From: Patescibacteria group bacterium
Lineage (GTDB): Bacteria; Patescibacteriota; Patescibacteriia; Patescibacteriales; WJLG01
Reading direction: 5' to 3'
Length of the DNA: 64,000 bases
Assembly (NCBI GenBank): GCA_028707065.1
Contig: JAQTUZ010000003.1
Span: 66,501 to 130,500 of the forward strand
In this document: piece by piece, positions 26,252 to 34,852 of the stretch
Position numbering within the stretch: the stretch's first letter is position 1
Layout of the letters: each line of letters opens with the position of its first letter
Program-made: the position numbers and the translations under genes
The notes under the pieces: model-generated
What the model was told of the DNA's origin: nothing
Database searches by the model: none
The model's input: only the letters and a program-made list of their open reading frames with translations

Positions 26252-28249
26252 TTATTTGACCCGTCCGTCGCTCGACATGCCGGCGATACTGTCATCTTCC
26301 AGCTTGGTGGTTTTCGGCACCGAATTCTTGGAGAGCGGCGCGCCGGTGTTCGCGTCGGTAGCCGTTACTTTCGACCCCGAAATCAAAACGATGATTTTAT
26401 TGCGCTGGTCTTCGGCGGGAGTCAGACTGACGTCGAATTCAGCGCTGGCTTGAAAAACCGTGATGGGCAAGCGGCCGATCAGCCAGGTAACTTTCTTTGT
26501 GGAATTATCATAAGTCAAGCTGCCGACCGAGGTGCGATTACGAGCGCTCCATTCCACTCCGTTAGGCAAAACGGTTTCTACGCCGACCTCATTGAGATCA
26601 TGCAAATTATTAGTCAAATTCCAATAAACTTTAAAGGTGGTAGTCTGGCCGACCGTCGGCGGCAGCGGACCATCGCCGACCGGCAAATTATTCTCGTCAA
26701 AATATCTGACCTGCTCTTTGAAGCCAAGATCGCTGTTGATGATGCTATTGATCGTATTGCTCTGATTGTCAATTCCGGCCGAAGATGAAGACGCGGTCGA
26801 CGAACCGATTGCTCCTAACTTATCCAAGCCGCCCACCGCATACTGCGCGTAACTCGTGATCTTGAAACTTTTCCCCAGATCATTTTCTTTAAAAGGCAAA
26901 ACATTGATGGCAAAATCGATCATTCCATTTTCGCCCACGTCAATCTTGCTCAAACCCGGAATTTCATTCTTGGTCCAGGTGACGGTATTCCCCATTTCCC
27001 GGCCTTTGCGGGCGTCGCTCAAGGTCGTCCAATCGATAAAATCGCTGTTCAATACCGCCATGATCACCACGTCCTGCATCGGGGCTTCGCCCTTATTGGC
27101 ATAAGCGATGGAATAATTCAAAGTTTGGCCGAAATTCACCGCCTGATCATCGTTGGAACCGTTCAAGATCAAATTCAAATTAAGATCGCTCTTCATCACC
27201 TGAAAAGGGATCACTTGCGTGAGAAAAGGATAATCTTTATTGGCGATATTTTGGACAAAGGTCAAAATTATCTGTTGATTATCCGCGGTCTTATTTTTGA
27301 TATGGTATTTTATGGTAAATTTTTCTTCCTTAGCCTGCAAACCGGAAATCAGCCAACTGTTGCCCGTCGGTTCTTTGACTTTTTCCACTTTGAGCGAGTT
27401 GCCGTTTTCCGCGCCGGCCGCGCCGTTATTGACGATCGTATCGTCCAGCACGATATTATCATCCTTCTGCATCCGCATCGTGAACTGGGGCAGATAATCG
27501 GCCTCCAGCGGTTTCAAATTAATGTCGATCCTTTCTCCCTGGCCCACCAAAGCCGTATTGGAAAAATCAAAAGTTGGTTCAAAGCCGATATCTTTGACCA
27601 CCACGCTGGCGGAATTGTCTTTCTTGAATTCACTGGAAAAATTTTCCGGCGTATAGAGCATCTGTGCCAGAAAAATGCCAGCCGCCCCGACTTTATCGAT
27701 AATCTTGCCCTTGATGATTATTTTTCCCGAGCTGCGCGCGTTGATCCGGCCGATATTCCAAGTATCATTATTGACATCGGCCGGCGGATTAGCGCTGGTA
27801 AAAACAAAATTACCCGGATAGTCAGCCTTGATATTCACGTTTTTCAGGCCAACATATTCTTGATTATTATAACTCAAGATAAAACTCATATCCTGTCCGG
27901 CCGAAATCGTATCCGGAGCGGCAACAGTAAGATCCACCGCCGTCGAATCAGTGCCGCGATTATAAACGATATAATAGAAGGCGCCCAGACCGAGAACGAT
28001 TATTACCAAGGCGAAAACCAAAAGATTGAAAAACCAAAAAACGATTCCCTGTTTCCGGCGAATGTTCATGCGATTAACATCGATCTTCTGGCCTTGATCG
28101 TCTTGATAAATTTCGGACAAGCTGTCTTCGATCTCCGTTTCCCGTTTTTCTTCCATTTCTTTGTGCAGCTTTTTTCTTCTGGCCAATAATTTTTTGGCCA
28201 GATCCGATTTGCCCTCGATGTTTTCTTCGACGCGGACTTTGATACCCAT
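26252..28249 (-). CDS. membrane-anchored surface protein with repeated beta-sandwich-like modules (665 aa)
   Basis: Charged N-terminus, one TM (GIVFWFFNLLVFALVIIVLGLGAFYYIV), then a long extracytoplasmic region with repeated ...NY.I.Y.N.G...L.NV.I... modules. The family (DUF11/CARDB-like) is guessed only. Confidence 0.65.
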   Translation of the reverse strand: MGIKVRVEENIEGKSDLAKKLLARRKKLHKEMEEKRETEIEDSLSEIYQDDQGQKIDVNRMNIRRKQGIVFWFFNLLVFALVIIVLGLGAFYYIVYNRGTDSTAVDLTVAAPDTISAGQDMSFILSYNNQEYVGLKNVNIKADYPGNFVFTSANPPADVNNDTWNIGRINARSSGKIIIKGKIIDKVGAAGIFLAQMLYTPENFSSEFKKDNSASVVVKDIGFEPTFDFSNTALVGQGERIDINLKPLEADYLPQFTMRMQKDDNIVLDDTIVNNGAAGAENGNSLKVEKVKEPTGNSWLISGLQAKEEKFTIKYHIKNKTADNQQIILTFVQNIANKDYPFLTQVIPFQVMKSDLNLNLILNGSNDDQAVNFGQTLNYSIAYANKGEAPMQDVVIMAVLNSDFIDWTTLSDARKGREMGNTVTWTKNEIPGLSKIDVGENGMIDFAINVLPFKENDLGKSFKITSYAQYAVGGLDKLGAIGSSTASSSSAGIDNQSNTINSIINSDLGFKEQVRYFDENNLPVGDGPLPPTVGQTTTFKVYWNLTNNLHDLNEVGVETVLPNGVEWSARNRTSVGSLTYDNSTKKVTWLIGRLPITVFQASAEFDVSLTPAEDQRNKIIVLISGSKVTATDANTGAPLSKNSVPKTTKLEDDSIAGMSSDGRVK

Positions 28250-28250
28250 A

Positions 28251-28418
28251 GTTTGGTTAATTGGTTGATTAGTTAATTAGTTGTTGGACAAATTAGCTAA
28301 TCGACTCAAAACAAGAATCGGCTTAAAAATAATTCAATTTTTTTATAAAATAATCTTGATAACACTACAACTAATTAACTAATTAACCAATTAACTAATC
28401 AACTAATTACCTTCAATA
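28251..28418. repeat. family B palindrome (largest copy)
   Basis: gtttggttaattggttgattagttaattagttgttgg...acaactaattaactaattaaccaattaactaatcaactaatta. The left arm begins 2 nt from the start codon at 28249. The right arm supplies the last codon and the TAG stop of the DUF4012 gene. Confidence 0.9.
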
Positions 28419-31084
28419 ACCGCTGCCCAATATTTGTCGCTGTCCAGCTTACCGCTCGCTTGCCAGCCGTTCGTGCCGATCGTCAAATCGGCGGGATAAT
28501 TCCAATCGACTTTAAAATTGTCCGACAAAACCAGCGTGGAACTGACGATAGTGGAAACGGCGCCCGGCTGTTTCTGCCACATTAAAGAATAAACCAGCAG
28601 ATCCTTATTTTCGGTTTTAACCATTTTATCAATCAACCCCTCCAGTCCCGGCCTGACCACGACCGGTTCGGTTTTCTTTTCTAACTTAAACGGCAAGCGA
28701 TATTTAATAATAATGACCGCGGTTTGGCCCGGATCGACCATGCTCCAGTTGGCAAAAACGGTTTTGCCGCTGTCAAGATAAATCGTGGTGCTCGCGTGCG
28801 CGCTGTCGACAAAAGCATTGTCCCCTTCTTCGGCCGCGACATCAGGATCAAGCTGGCCGCTCGGATCGGGAATATTGAAATAAATCTTGTCCGGCGCTTG
28901 CCAGCCGCTCGCGTCGATCAATTGGCTCCCGGCCGGAACATAAATTCTCAGCCAATCAACGTTACGCTCGCCGGAAAAAAGCTGGCTCGTTGTCGCCGTA
29001 TTGGCTCGCGTGATGGTCACGGTATCAATGATCGTTCCGTCAGCGGCGACATCAGCGCGCTGGTCGATCGTTTCTTTCATCAAGCGATCGCTCTTGCCGC
29101 CGGCGATATTAGTATCAGCCACTAATAAATAATCCTTACTGGTTTCTTTGATCCGGCCGCCCCAATTTCTCGCCTCAACTTCGGTTTGCAGATCCTGATC
29201 GGTTAAATACAACAAAATCTGCTTTTCATTCAAATCCAATTGCAGACCGGATAAGAGCGCGACGAATTTATCGCGGTCAAGGCGCCGGGGAATTTCCGCC
29301 ATTAATTTTTGGATGAATTGGCCGATCACCTTTTTCGGCTTGTTTTCCGCCAGGTCATAAGGCAATTTCGCGTCAGCCGCTTTTTCTTGTTCGATGACCG
29401 TCCGTAAATTCGTCCAAAGATTATCGGCGGTCATTACCAGACCGTTAGTGTCAGTCATATCGATCGGACCGATAACCTGCAAAATACGCTCAAGCACCGT
29501 GGGCGTAAAAGCAATTACGCCATCCGTGGTCGGGCCGCCGCTCTTGGCATAAAACCAGCTTAACTTTTGCGCGCTTTTTTCCCAATCCGGCCACCAGTTG
29601 GCGTCCCAAAAATACCAGCGCGGATTGACCAAGGTTAAAGGTTGCGGCGGAATAATATATTTGCTCATTCCCCCTTTTGTGTCATAACTGCCGCCTGGCG
29701 GCGCTTCAATGCCGGTGATTTTTCCCCGGCTCAAATCAAGGAGAGCGTAGCTGCCGACAAAACCGCCGCTGGCCCTCATCTCGGCATTGTCTTCAAAGAC
29801 GAGCAAATAGCGTTTATCTGCCTGGGCGCCGAGAAAAATATTTAATTTCTTCACCAAATCGATATTTTTCGACAGGATCATGTTCAAATCCGCCGCCTTT
29901 TGCTTCAAGGAATTGAATTGATCGTGATAAGCGGCCGGGATGGCGTTAACGTCGATCCTGGCTATCTCATCATTTATTTTTTTCGCGTCAGCTTCGGCTA
30001 AAACTTCATATCGCACAAAATCATCGATCTTGGCCGATAAAGCCTGGTCGTTCCGCTCCAGCAAGCTGTTGACCGCCAAAGTTAAATTATTTCCCAAACT
30101 CGCGGCATCTTCGCCGGCGGCGATGATTTCCCGGCTTTGCGCGGCCAAGCGGATCTCGCTGTTGGGAATAATTTTGCCCAGCTCAAAAATAATGCCGCTC
30201 ACGGCCGAGAGATCGTTATTGGCCTGAGCAAAGCTTTCCCGCGCGGCATCGAAATTTTCACTGGCTTGTTTCAAATCTAATCCGTTTGCCGCGGCCGCCG
30301 CCGATTGCAGATCAGTGATGGCGCGGTCAGTCGCGCCCAAAACTTTGCCGCGCAGATCCCTGACCCCGACGGTATTATATAAATTCAATAGTCCCAGCGG
30401 CAGGATGATCAGCAAAGATAGAAAAACAAAAGTGAAAATATGGCGGAAGGGATGAAACTTTTTCTTTTTTAATTCCTCCGCCAGCACCCGTTGATAGAGA
30501 TAATCTTCGGTGGTGCGGCCCAAAAGATAATGGATAACTTCGCGCGGAAACGACCAAAGCGATTGCCAGAAAACGCCGAACGAACCTTCGCGCGACGCCT
30601 CGAGCGAAGGAATGTTTTTTTTCTCGCGTTTTTTATCGGCCATCTTTCTGATAATGACGCCCCTCGCGCGCTTACCGCCCCGTTTCTTGGCCTGCCGAAA
30701 AAATATCAATTTGCCGATCCGCCAGAATAAAATCCAAATAAACCGGATAATAAATAGCGGCAGCCACCAGAGTTTTAAAACTCTGGTAAAAAAATTAAAA
30801 AATGAAACTAAAACATTTTGTTTTTTTTCTTCGTCATCCTCGTCCAGATATTCCTTGACGATTTCCCGCTCGATAAAATCTTCTTTCTTTTCCAACTTTT
30901 TATAATGACGCAAAAAATCAACGTGATGCGTCTTTTCTTTTTTGCCAAAAAAATTCAGGCGGAAAACAAAAAATCCGCCCTTAGTCTTTTGGGCAAGCGT
31001 AATTTCCGCTTTATTTTCCGGCTCCCGCATTTTCTTCAGATCAACCACGCGGCCGGCCTCATTTTTTTTGAAAAAATCATCCAT
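28403..31084 (-). CDS. DUF4012 domain membrane protein (893 aa)
   Basis: N-terminal TM segments and the motif RYLLVFEDNAEMRASGGFVGSYALLDL, which I recognise as the DUF4012 core. Confidence 0.75.
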   Translation of the reverse strand: MDDFFKKNEAGRVVDLKKMREPENKAEITLAQKTKGGFFVFRLNFFGKKEKTHHVDFLRHYKKLEKKEDFIEREIVKEYLDEDDEEKKQNVLVSFFNFFTRVLKLWWLPLFIIRFIWILFWRIGKLIFFRQAKKRGGKRARGVIIRKMADKKREKKNIPSLEASREGSFGVFWQSLWSFPREVIHYLLGRTTEDYLYQRVLAEELKKKKFHPFRHIFTFVFLSLLIILPLGLLNLYNTVGVRDLRGKVLGATDRAITDLQSAAAAANGLDLKQASENFDAARESFAQANNDLSAVSGIIFELGKIIPNSEIRLAAQSREIIAAGEDAASLGNNLTLAVNSLLERNDQALSAKIDDFVRYEVLAEADAKKINDEIARIDVNAIPAAYHDQFNSLKQKAADLNMILSKNIDLVKKLNIFLGAQADKRYLLVFEDNAEMRASGGFVGSYALLDLSRGKITGIEAPPGGSYDTKGGMSKYIIPPQPLTLVNPRWYFWDANWWPDWEKSAQKLSWFYAKSGGPTTDGVIAFTPTVLERILQVIGPIDMTDTNGLVMTADNLWTNLRTVIEQEKAADAKLPYDLAENKPKKVIGQFIQKLMAEIPRRLDRDKFVALLSGLQLDLNEKQILLYLTDQDLQTEVEARNWGGRIKETSKDYLLVADTNIAGGKSDRLMKETIDQRADVAADGTIIDTVTITRANTATTSQLFSGERNVDWLRIYVPAGSQLIDASGWQAPDKIYFNIPDPSGQLDPDVAAEEGDNAFVDSAHASTTIYLDSGKTVFANWSMVDPGQTAVIIIKYRLPFKLEKKTEPVVVRPGLEGLIDKMVKTENKDLLVYSLMWQKQPGAVSTIVSSTLVLSDNFKVDWNYPADLTIGTNGWQASGKLDSDKYWAAVIEGN

Positions 31085-31092
31085 TTTTTATT

Positions 31093-31221
31093 AAATCCAA
31101 AACATAAAATCCTAAATCCAAAACAAATTAAAAAAATTAAAATCTAAAATTATAAAATTTTTAATCTTTGATATTTAAATTTTAGATTTGTTTTGAATTT
31201 TGTGCTTAGGGTTTTGGATTT
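31093..31221. repeat. 129-bp AT-rich palindrome (AAATCCAAAAC...GTTTTGGATTT)
   Basis: aaatccaaaacataaaatcctaaatccaaaacaaat pairs with atttgttttgaattttgtgcttagggttttggattt. Inner pair aatctaaaatt/aattttagatt. It begins 9 nt from the start codon at 31084. Confidence 0.8.
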
Positions 31222-31254
31222 CTAAAAATTCAAGAAACATATCTGCTTAGTAGA

Positions 31255-32451
31255 TCAAGATAGCTTCAATATACCGTTATAAACTTCTAAAGTCTGTCTG
31301 GCGCATTCCCACCAATTATATTTTTTAATCTGCTGGTGTCCTTTTTTGATCAGTACTTCGCGCAATTCTTGGTCGGCGTACAGGCGATCGATCTTCATAA
31401 ACATATCAGCTTTATCGGTCGGATCAAAAAATAATGCCGCCTCGCCCAAAATTTCCGGCAGGCTCGCCCGGTTGGAACTCGCTACCGGGCAGCCCTTGGC
31501 CATCGCCTCCAAAGCCGGCAAGCCAAAACCCTCGTAAAACGAAGGAAAAACATAAAACAGCGCCTGCCGATAAAGAACTTCCAATTCCACGTCCGGAACA
31601 TAGCCCGTGAAAATCACCGGGGACTCGGGTACGTTTTCGTTCCAAAGATTCAAGCTCGCCGCCTTTTCTTTCAATCGCTTGTAAAAATAATCCTCCTTGC
31701 CCACCAAAACCAGCCTTAAAGCCGGATATTTTTTGTGCAATTCAACAAAAACTTCGAGCAATGCTTCCAGATTTTTATGCGGATAAACATTGCCAACATA
31801 CAAAATAAAGTTGTCAGCTATATTATAACTTAAAAGCGTCTTCCTGTCATCCATTTTTTTGACAAAAAGAGAATCATTGCCATGCGCCAGATTGGCCACG
31901 CCTTCATAAGTGACAACGACCTTGTCCGGACCGATCTTGAACTTGTCAACCACGTCTTTTTTGGTGAATTCCGAAACTGCGATCACCTTGCGGGCGCGCT
32001 TAACGGCCAAGGCGATAACGATCTGATAAAAAAAATTTTTTATTTTATACAACCAAGGCGATAAGGTGCTGGCGCGGATCGTGGGAAATTTTGTCAGGAT
32101 CAAATCATGGATCGTCACCGTGAATCTTACTGGCATTAAAATCGGCACGTTAAAATGCGGAAAATGCATCAGATCAAGGCGCTCTCTCCAGACCAAGTAT
32201 GGCAGGGAAATTTGTTCCGCCAAAGAATACCAGCGAGCCGTTACGGCGATTTTTTTTACTCGCGGCTCGGCTGACTCGAATTCGTCAAAATTTTGCGGAC
32301 TTAAAAAGATCACGTACTCGTTTTGTTGATCGATCTTGATCACATTATCCACGACTTCCTGGACATATCGCCCCAATCCTTTGCCCAAAGGTCCGTAGAA
32401 ACGGGCGTCGATCCCGATCCGCTTGGCTCTCATTTTTTGCGCATTGATCAT
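31255..32451 (-). CDS. glycosyltransferase family 1 (GT4-type)
   Basis: 398 aa. RIGIDARFYG N-terminus and YEGFGLPALEAMAKGCPVASS motif. Confidence 0.88.
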   Translation of the reverse strand: MINAQKMRAKRIGIDARFYGPLGKGLGRYVQEVVDNVIKIDQQNEYVIFLSPQNFDEFESAEPRVKKIAVTARWYSLAEQISLPYLVWRERLDLMHFPHFNVPILMPVRFTVTIHDLILTKFPTIRASTLSPWLYKIKNFFYQIVIALAVKRARKVIAVSEFTKKDVVDKFKIGPDKVVVTYEGVANLAHGNDSLFVKKMDDRKTLLSYNIADNFILYVGNVYPHKNLEALLEVFVELHKKYPALRLVLVGKEDYFYKRLKEKAASLNLWNENVPESPVIFTGYVPDVELEVLYRQALFYVFPSFYEGFGLPALEAMAKGCPVASSNRASLPEILGEAALFFDPTDKADMFMKIDRLYADQELREVLIKKGHQQIKKYNWWECARQTLEVYNGILKLS

Positions 32452-32667
32452 AATGCCATTATATCAGGCTGATTACCCGCTTACAATGTGCATAACCTCT
32501 CTGGAAACGGCGATTTATAGTTGACAGAAATTGCAATAATACTTTAAATTTTAAAAACCGCGATCAGCCGGAAAAACAATGCCCAGCTGAAGGGACGCGA
32601 GCCATTTTAAGAATTGTGATTTTATGCTAAGCTATCGACAGATTAAGCGACAATCGCGCGCTCGGTT

Positions 32668-33639
32668 ATGAATAAAAATTTTAAAAAAATATTAAGCATC
32701 AGCCTGGGAATACTATTCCTTATTTTTCTGATATTATTGCCGCAAATTTTAATCCAGAGCACGGTCAAAAGCGTCAATCTGGCGGTAAAATTAAAAAATG
32801 ACGTGACGCGGAAAAAAATCGGCCAGCCGCCCATCGCGACGATCGAACCGATCGAGAAAGTAGGATTTTATCATTTTCTTCCCGGCGCCAAAACCTATTA
32901 TTTGGGCTCTATCGACCAAGATCTGAACTGCCCTTCCTGTTCGGCTAAAACCGGTTCGGCCGGAACGACTTTGCGGCCCGAAGAACAAGTGATTACTGAA
33001 GCTGAAAATACGGGGGCGGAAATAATTTCTCTGGCCGATTCTGACTTCCAAAATACCAACGATTATAATTTTAATTTAGCCCGGCTGGCCAAACAAAACG
33101 GTTTTCACACCACCCTCTCTTACGACGGCTGCTTGGATTTAACAACTCTAAAAAATATTTTGCCCTTTCTGGACGCGGTAAAAATTGAAATAGGCAATAG
33201 GGAAAATAATTATTGCGCCAAAATTTCCGGGTCAGAACTTTCCGCCAGCGAAGCAAAAATTCAAGCGATCAAAGCCTCGGGCGTTCATCTGGAAATTGTC
33301 GATTATTTGAATCTTGCTTCGAGCACGACGATGGAAATAAATAAATTCATTACCGCGATCAGTGACAGCGCGGGAAAAGATTCGATCATTCATTTTTCTT
33401 CCAATGACGGGGCCGCCGCCGCTTCCACTACGCCAATGATCATCGCCGCCCGCGAACAAGCGCTGCGCGCCGGGTTCAAATATGTTTATATCGGCGGCTT
33501 TGATTATCCGCTGGGGGAAAATACTTATTGCGCCGACGGCACGGTCGCCTTGAATCGCCAAGACGATTATTTGCTGAAAAATAATCTTGTCGATGGCAAA
33601 TGCGCCGACGACACGGCGATACCGGGAATCTGGAAATAA
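32668..33639 (+). CDS. signal-anchored radical-SAM-like protein (PflA/AmmeMemoRadiSam-type fold) lacking the first cluster cysteine
   Basis: 323 aa. The layout matches IEPIEKVGFYHFLPGAKTYYLGS...(cluster loop)...VHLEIVDYLN...FKYVYIGG...IPGIW. The CxxxCxxC loop reads QDLNCPSCSA. N-terminal hydrophobic anchor ILSISLGILFLIFLILLP. Confidence 0.6.
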   Translation: MNKNFKKILSISLGILFLIFLILLPQILIQSTVKSVNLAVKLKNDVTRKKIGQPPIATIEPIEKVGFYHFLPGAKTYYLGSIDQDLNCPSCSAKTGSAGTTLRPEEQVITEAENTGAEIISLADSDFQNTNDYNFNLARLAKQNGFHTTLSYDGCLDLTTLKNILPFLDAVKIEIGNRENNYCAKISGSELSASEAKIQAIKASGVHLEIVDYLNLASSTTMEINKFITAISDSAGKDSIIHFSSNDGAAAASTTPMIIAAREQALRAGFKYVYIGGFDYPLGENTYCADGTVALNRQDDYLLKNNLVDGKCADDTAIPGIWK

Positions 33640-33644
33640 AAAAA

Positions 33645-33830
33645 TATAACGCGAATACTACAAATTATACGCGAATACAGCGAACCATTTTTAATTCCCC
33701 TCTTGCTTGCCCCGCAAAGCGAAGCGATGCGTGGGGGAGGGGTGGCCCGCCCCGGGCGGGACGGGGTGTGTTATTAGTTTCGCAGAGTTCGTGGTATTAG
33801 CGTAAAATTCGTTGTATTCGTGTTATATAA
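33645..33830. repeat. composite element: family C arms enclosing a family A GC-rich core (33694-33772)
   Basis: tataacgcgaatactacaaattatacgcgaatacagcgaacc...[attcccctcttgc...gacggggtgtgtt]...agtttcgcagagttcgtggtattagcgtaaaattcgttgtattcgtgttatata. Same architecture as 59322-59474. Confidence 0.85.
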
Positions 33831-33852
33831 ACAAGGTTGATATTTTTAAAAA

Positions 33853-33881
33853 CCTCGCCGCAAATTGGGCGAGGATTTTTT
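33853..33881 (+). terminator. rho-independent terminator
   Basis: cctcgcc-gcaaattg-ggcgagg followed by atttttt. Confidence 0.7.
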
Positions 33882-33894
33882 ATTTTTAAAATGC

Positions 33895-33983
33895 AATACT
33901 AATAAATACGAATACATACTAATATGACGAATAATTTTTTAGCACGCATTCGTCATATTAGTATGTATTCGCAGATTAGTATT
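33895..33983. repeat. AT-rich palindrome (AATACTAAT...ATTAGTATT)
   Basis: aatactaataaatacgaatacatactaatatgacgaat pairs with attcgtcatattagtatgtattcgcagattagtatt. The right end overlaps the stop codon at 33982. Confidence 0.85.
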
Positions 33984-34554
33984 ACATCTTCAACAAATAA
34001 AATAGTGGCAATAAAATCGCCAAGACTAACGAACCCCATTCGAAGATCGCCCACCACCAGGGCACGCCATAAGTATCCTGGCGCAGGGAAAAATAATCGC
34101 GCGCGAACCAGTCGTCAACTTCGTATTTACGGATGTGATGATCGCGATCTTTATTATCCTTAAATACCATGAGAATTTTTCCGCCATAAAAAAGTTTGAA
34201 AACTTTCTGCGAAAAAGGCAAAAATAATTTTACGCCCCAGCCGATCCCGAACAGATCTAAAAGCGGATGAGTCAAGGCCGCGACGCTGATCAATAAAGAA
34301 ATTTTCCAGCCGCCGATCAGCCAGGTCAGCAGAAAAATTATCAGCGGCAATAAAAGCGAGTGGGAGAGATTGTCCCGATGCAGATGAAAATATTTCGAAC
34401 GGTAGTTTAATTTTTTGTTGAGAAAATAACTCAAAATATCCGGGGAAAACCCCCAAAAAGCGCCAACGATCAAAAAAAGCGGCGTAATGTCAAAACCGAG
34501 CGCCTGGCCCAGAAATAAAAAAATTAATTCTCCGGCAATTAAGTGCTCAAACAT
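33982..34554 (-). CDS. polytopic membrane protein, possibly membrane-bound metal-dependent hydrolase (YdjM/DUF457-like)
   Basis: 190 aa, multiple TM helices, His-rich loops HLHRDNLSHS and THPLLDLFG. The family assignment is tentative. Confidence 0.5.
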   Translation of the reverse strand: MFEHLIAGELIFLFLGQALGFDITPLFLIVGAFWGFSPDILSYFLNKKLNYRSKYFHLHRDNLSHSLLLPLIIFLLTWLIGGWKISLLISVAALTHPLLDLFGIGWGVKLFLPFSQKVFKLFYGGKILMVFKDNKDRDHHIRKYEVDDWFARDYFSLRQDTYGVPWWWAIFEWGSLVLAILLPLFYLLKM

Positions 34555-34558
34555 TTTT

Positions 34559-34650
34559 TAGTTGATTAGTTGATTGGTTAATTAGTTGTATAGCATATTT
34601 ATTTCTCTAAAATAAAAACATTACAACTAATTAACTAATCAACTAATTTA
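34559..34650. repeat. family B palindrome
   Basis: tagttgattagttgattggttaattagttgta...ttacaactaattaactaatcaactaattta. It begins 5 nt from the start codon at 34554. Confidence 0.85.
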
Positions 34651-34663
34651 CTATTATTATACC

Positions 34664-34700
34664 ACAAAAAAACGGGGTTGCCTTTGGCTACAGCAACCCC
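34664..34700 (-). terminator. rho-independent terminator ending the typA transcript
   Basis: ggggttgc-tgtagccaaag-gcaacccc followed on the minus strand by GTTTTTTTG. Confidence 0.7.
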
Positions 34701-34704
34701 TTAA

Positions 34705-34824
34705 GTGCAAACAGCTCCTGTCTCTCCCAGTTAACCCCAATCGCGCCTTAACCGCCAACGGGAGAAGGCGACCATCCGGTCGGGCCAGAGACTCAGACCG
34801 AGTTATGCTTGCACCACAACATCG
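34705..34824 (-). other. about 120-nt long imperfect hairpin in the typA 3' UTR (candidate structured RNA)
   Basis: The ends GTGCAAGCATAACTC and GAGCTGTTTGCAC pair, as do the inner GTCTCT/AGAGAC. It lies between the typA stop (34853) and the terminator. No class identified. Confidence 0.3.
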
Positions 34825-34852
34825 GGTTTATCACCTGACGTTTTTGTATGAT

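Noticed and set aside
27125-28189. 354-aa plus-strand ORF
   Set aside because: It is entirely antisense to the 665-aa surface protein gene, has no ribosome-binding site or motif, and has a low-complexity composition. It looks like a shadow ORF created by the codon bias of the real gene.
34705-34824. SRP (4.5S) RNA
   Set aside because: It has a long-hairpin shape, but the apex lacks the conserved GGAA tetraloop and the AGCA/AGG symmetric loop motifs.
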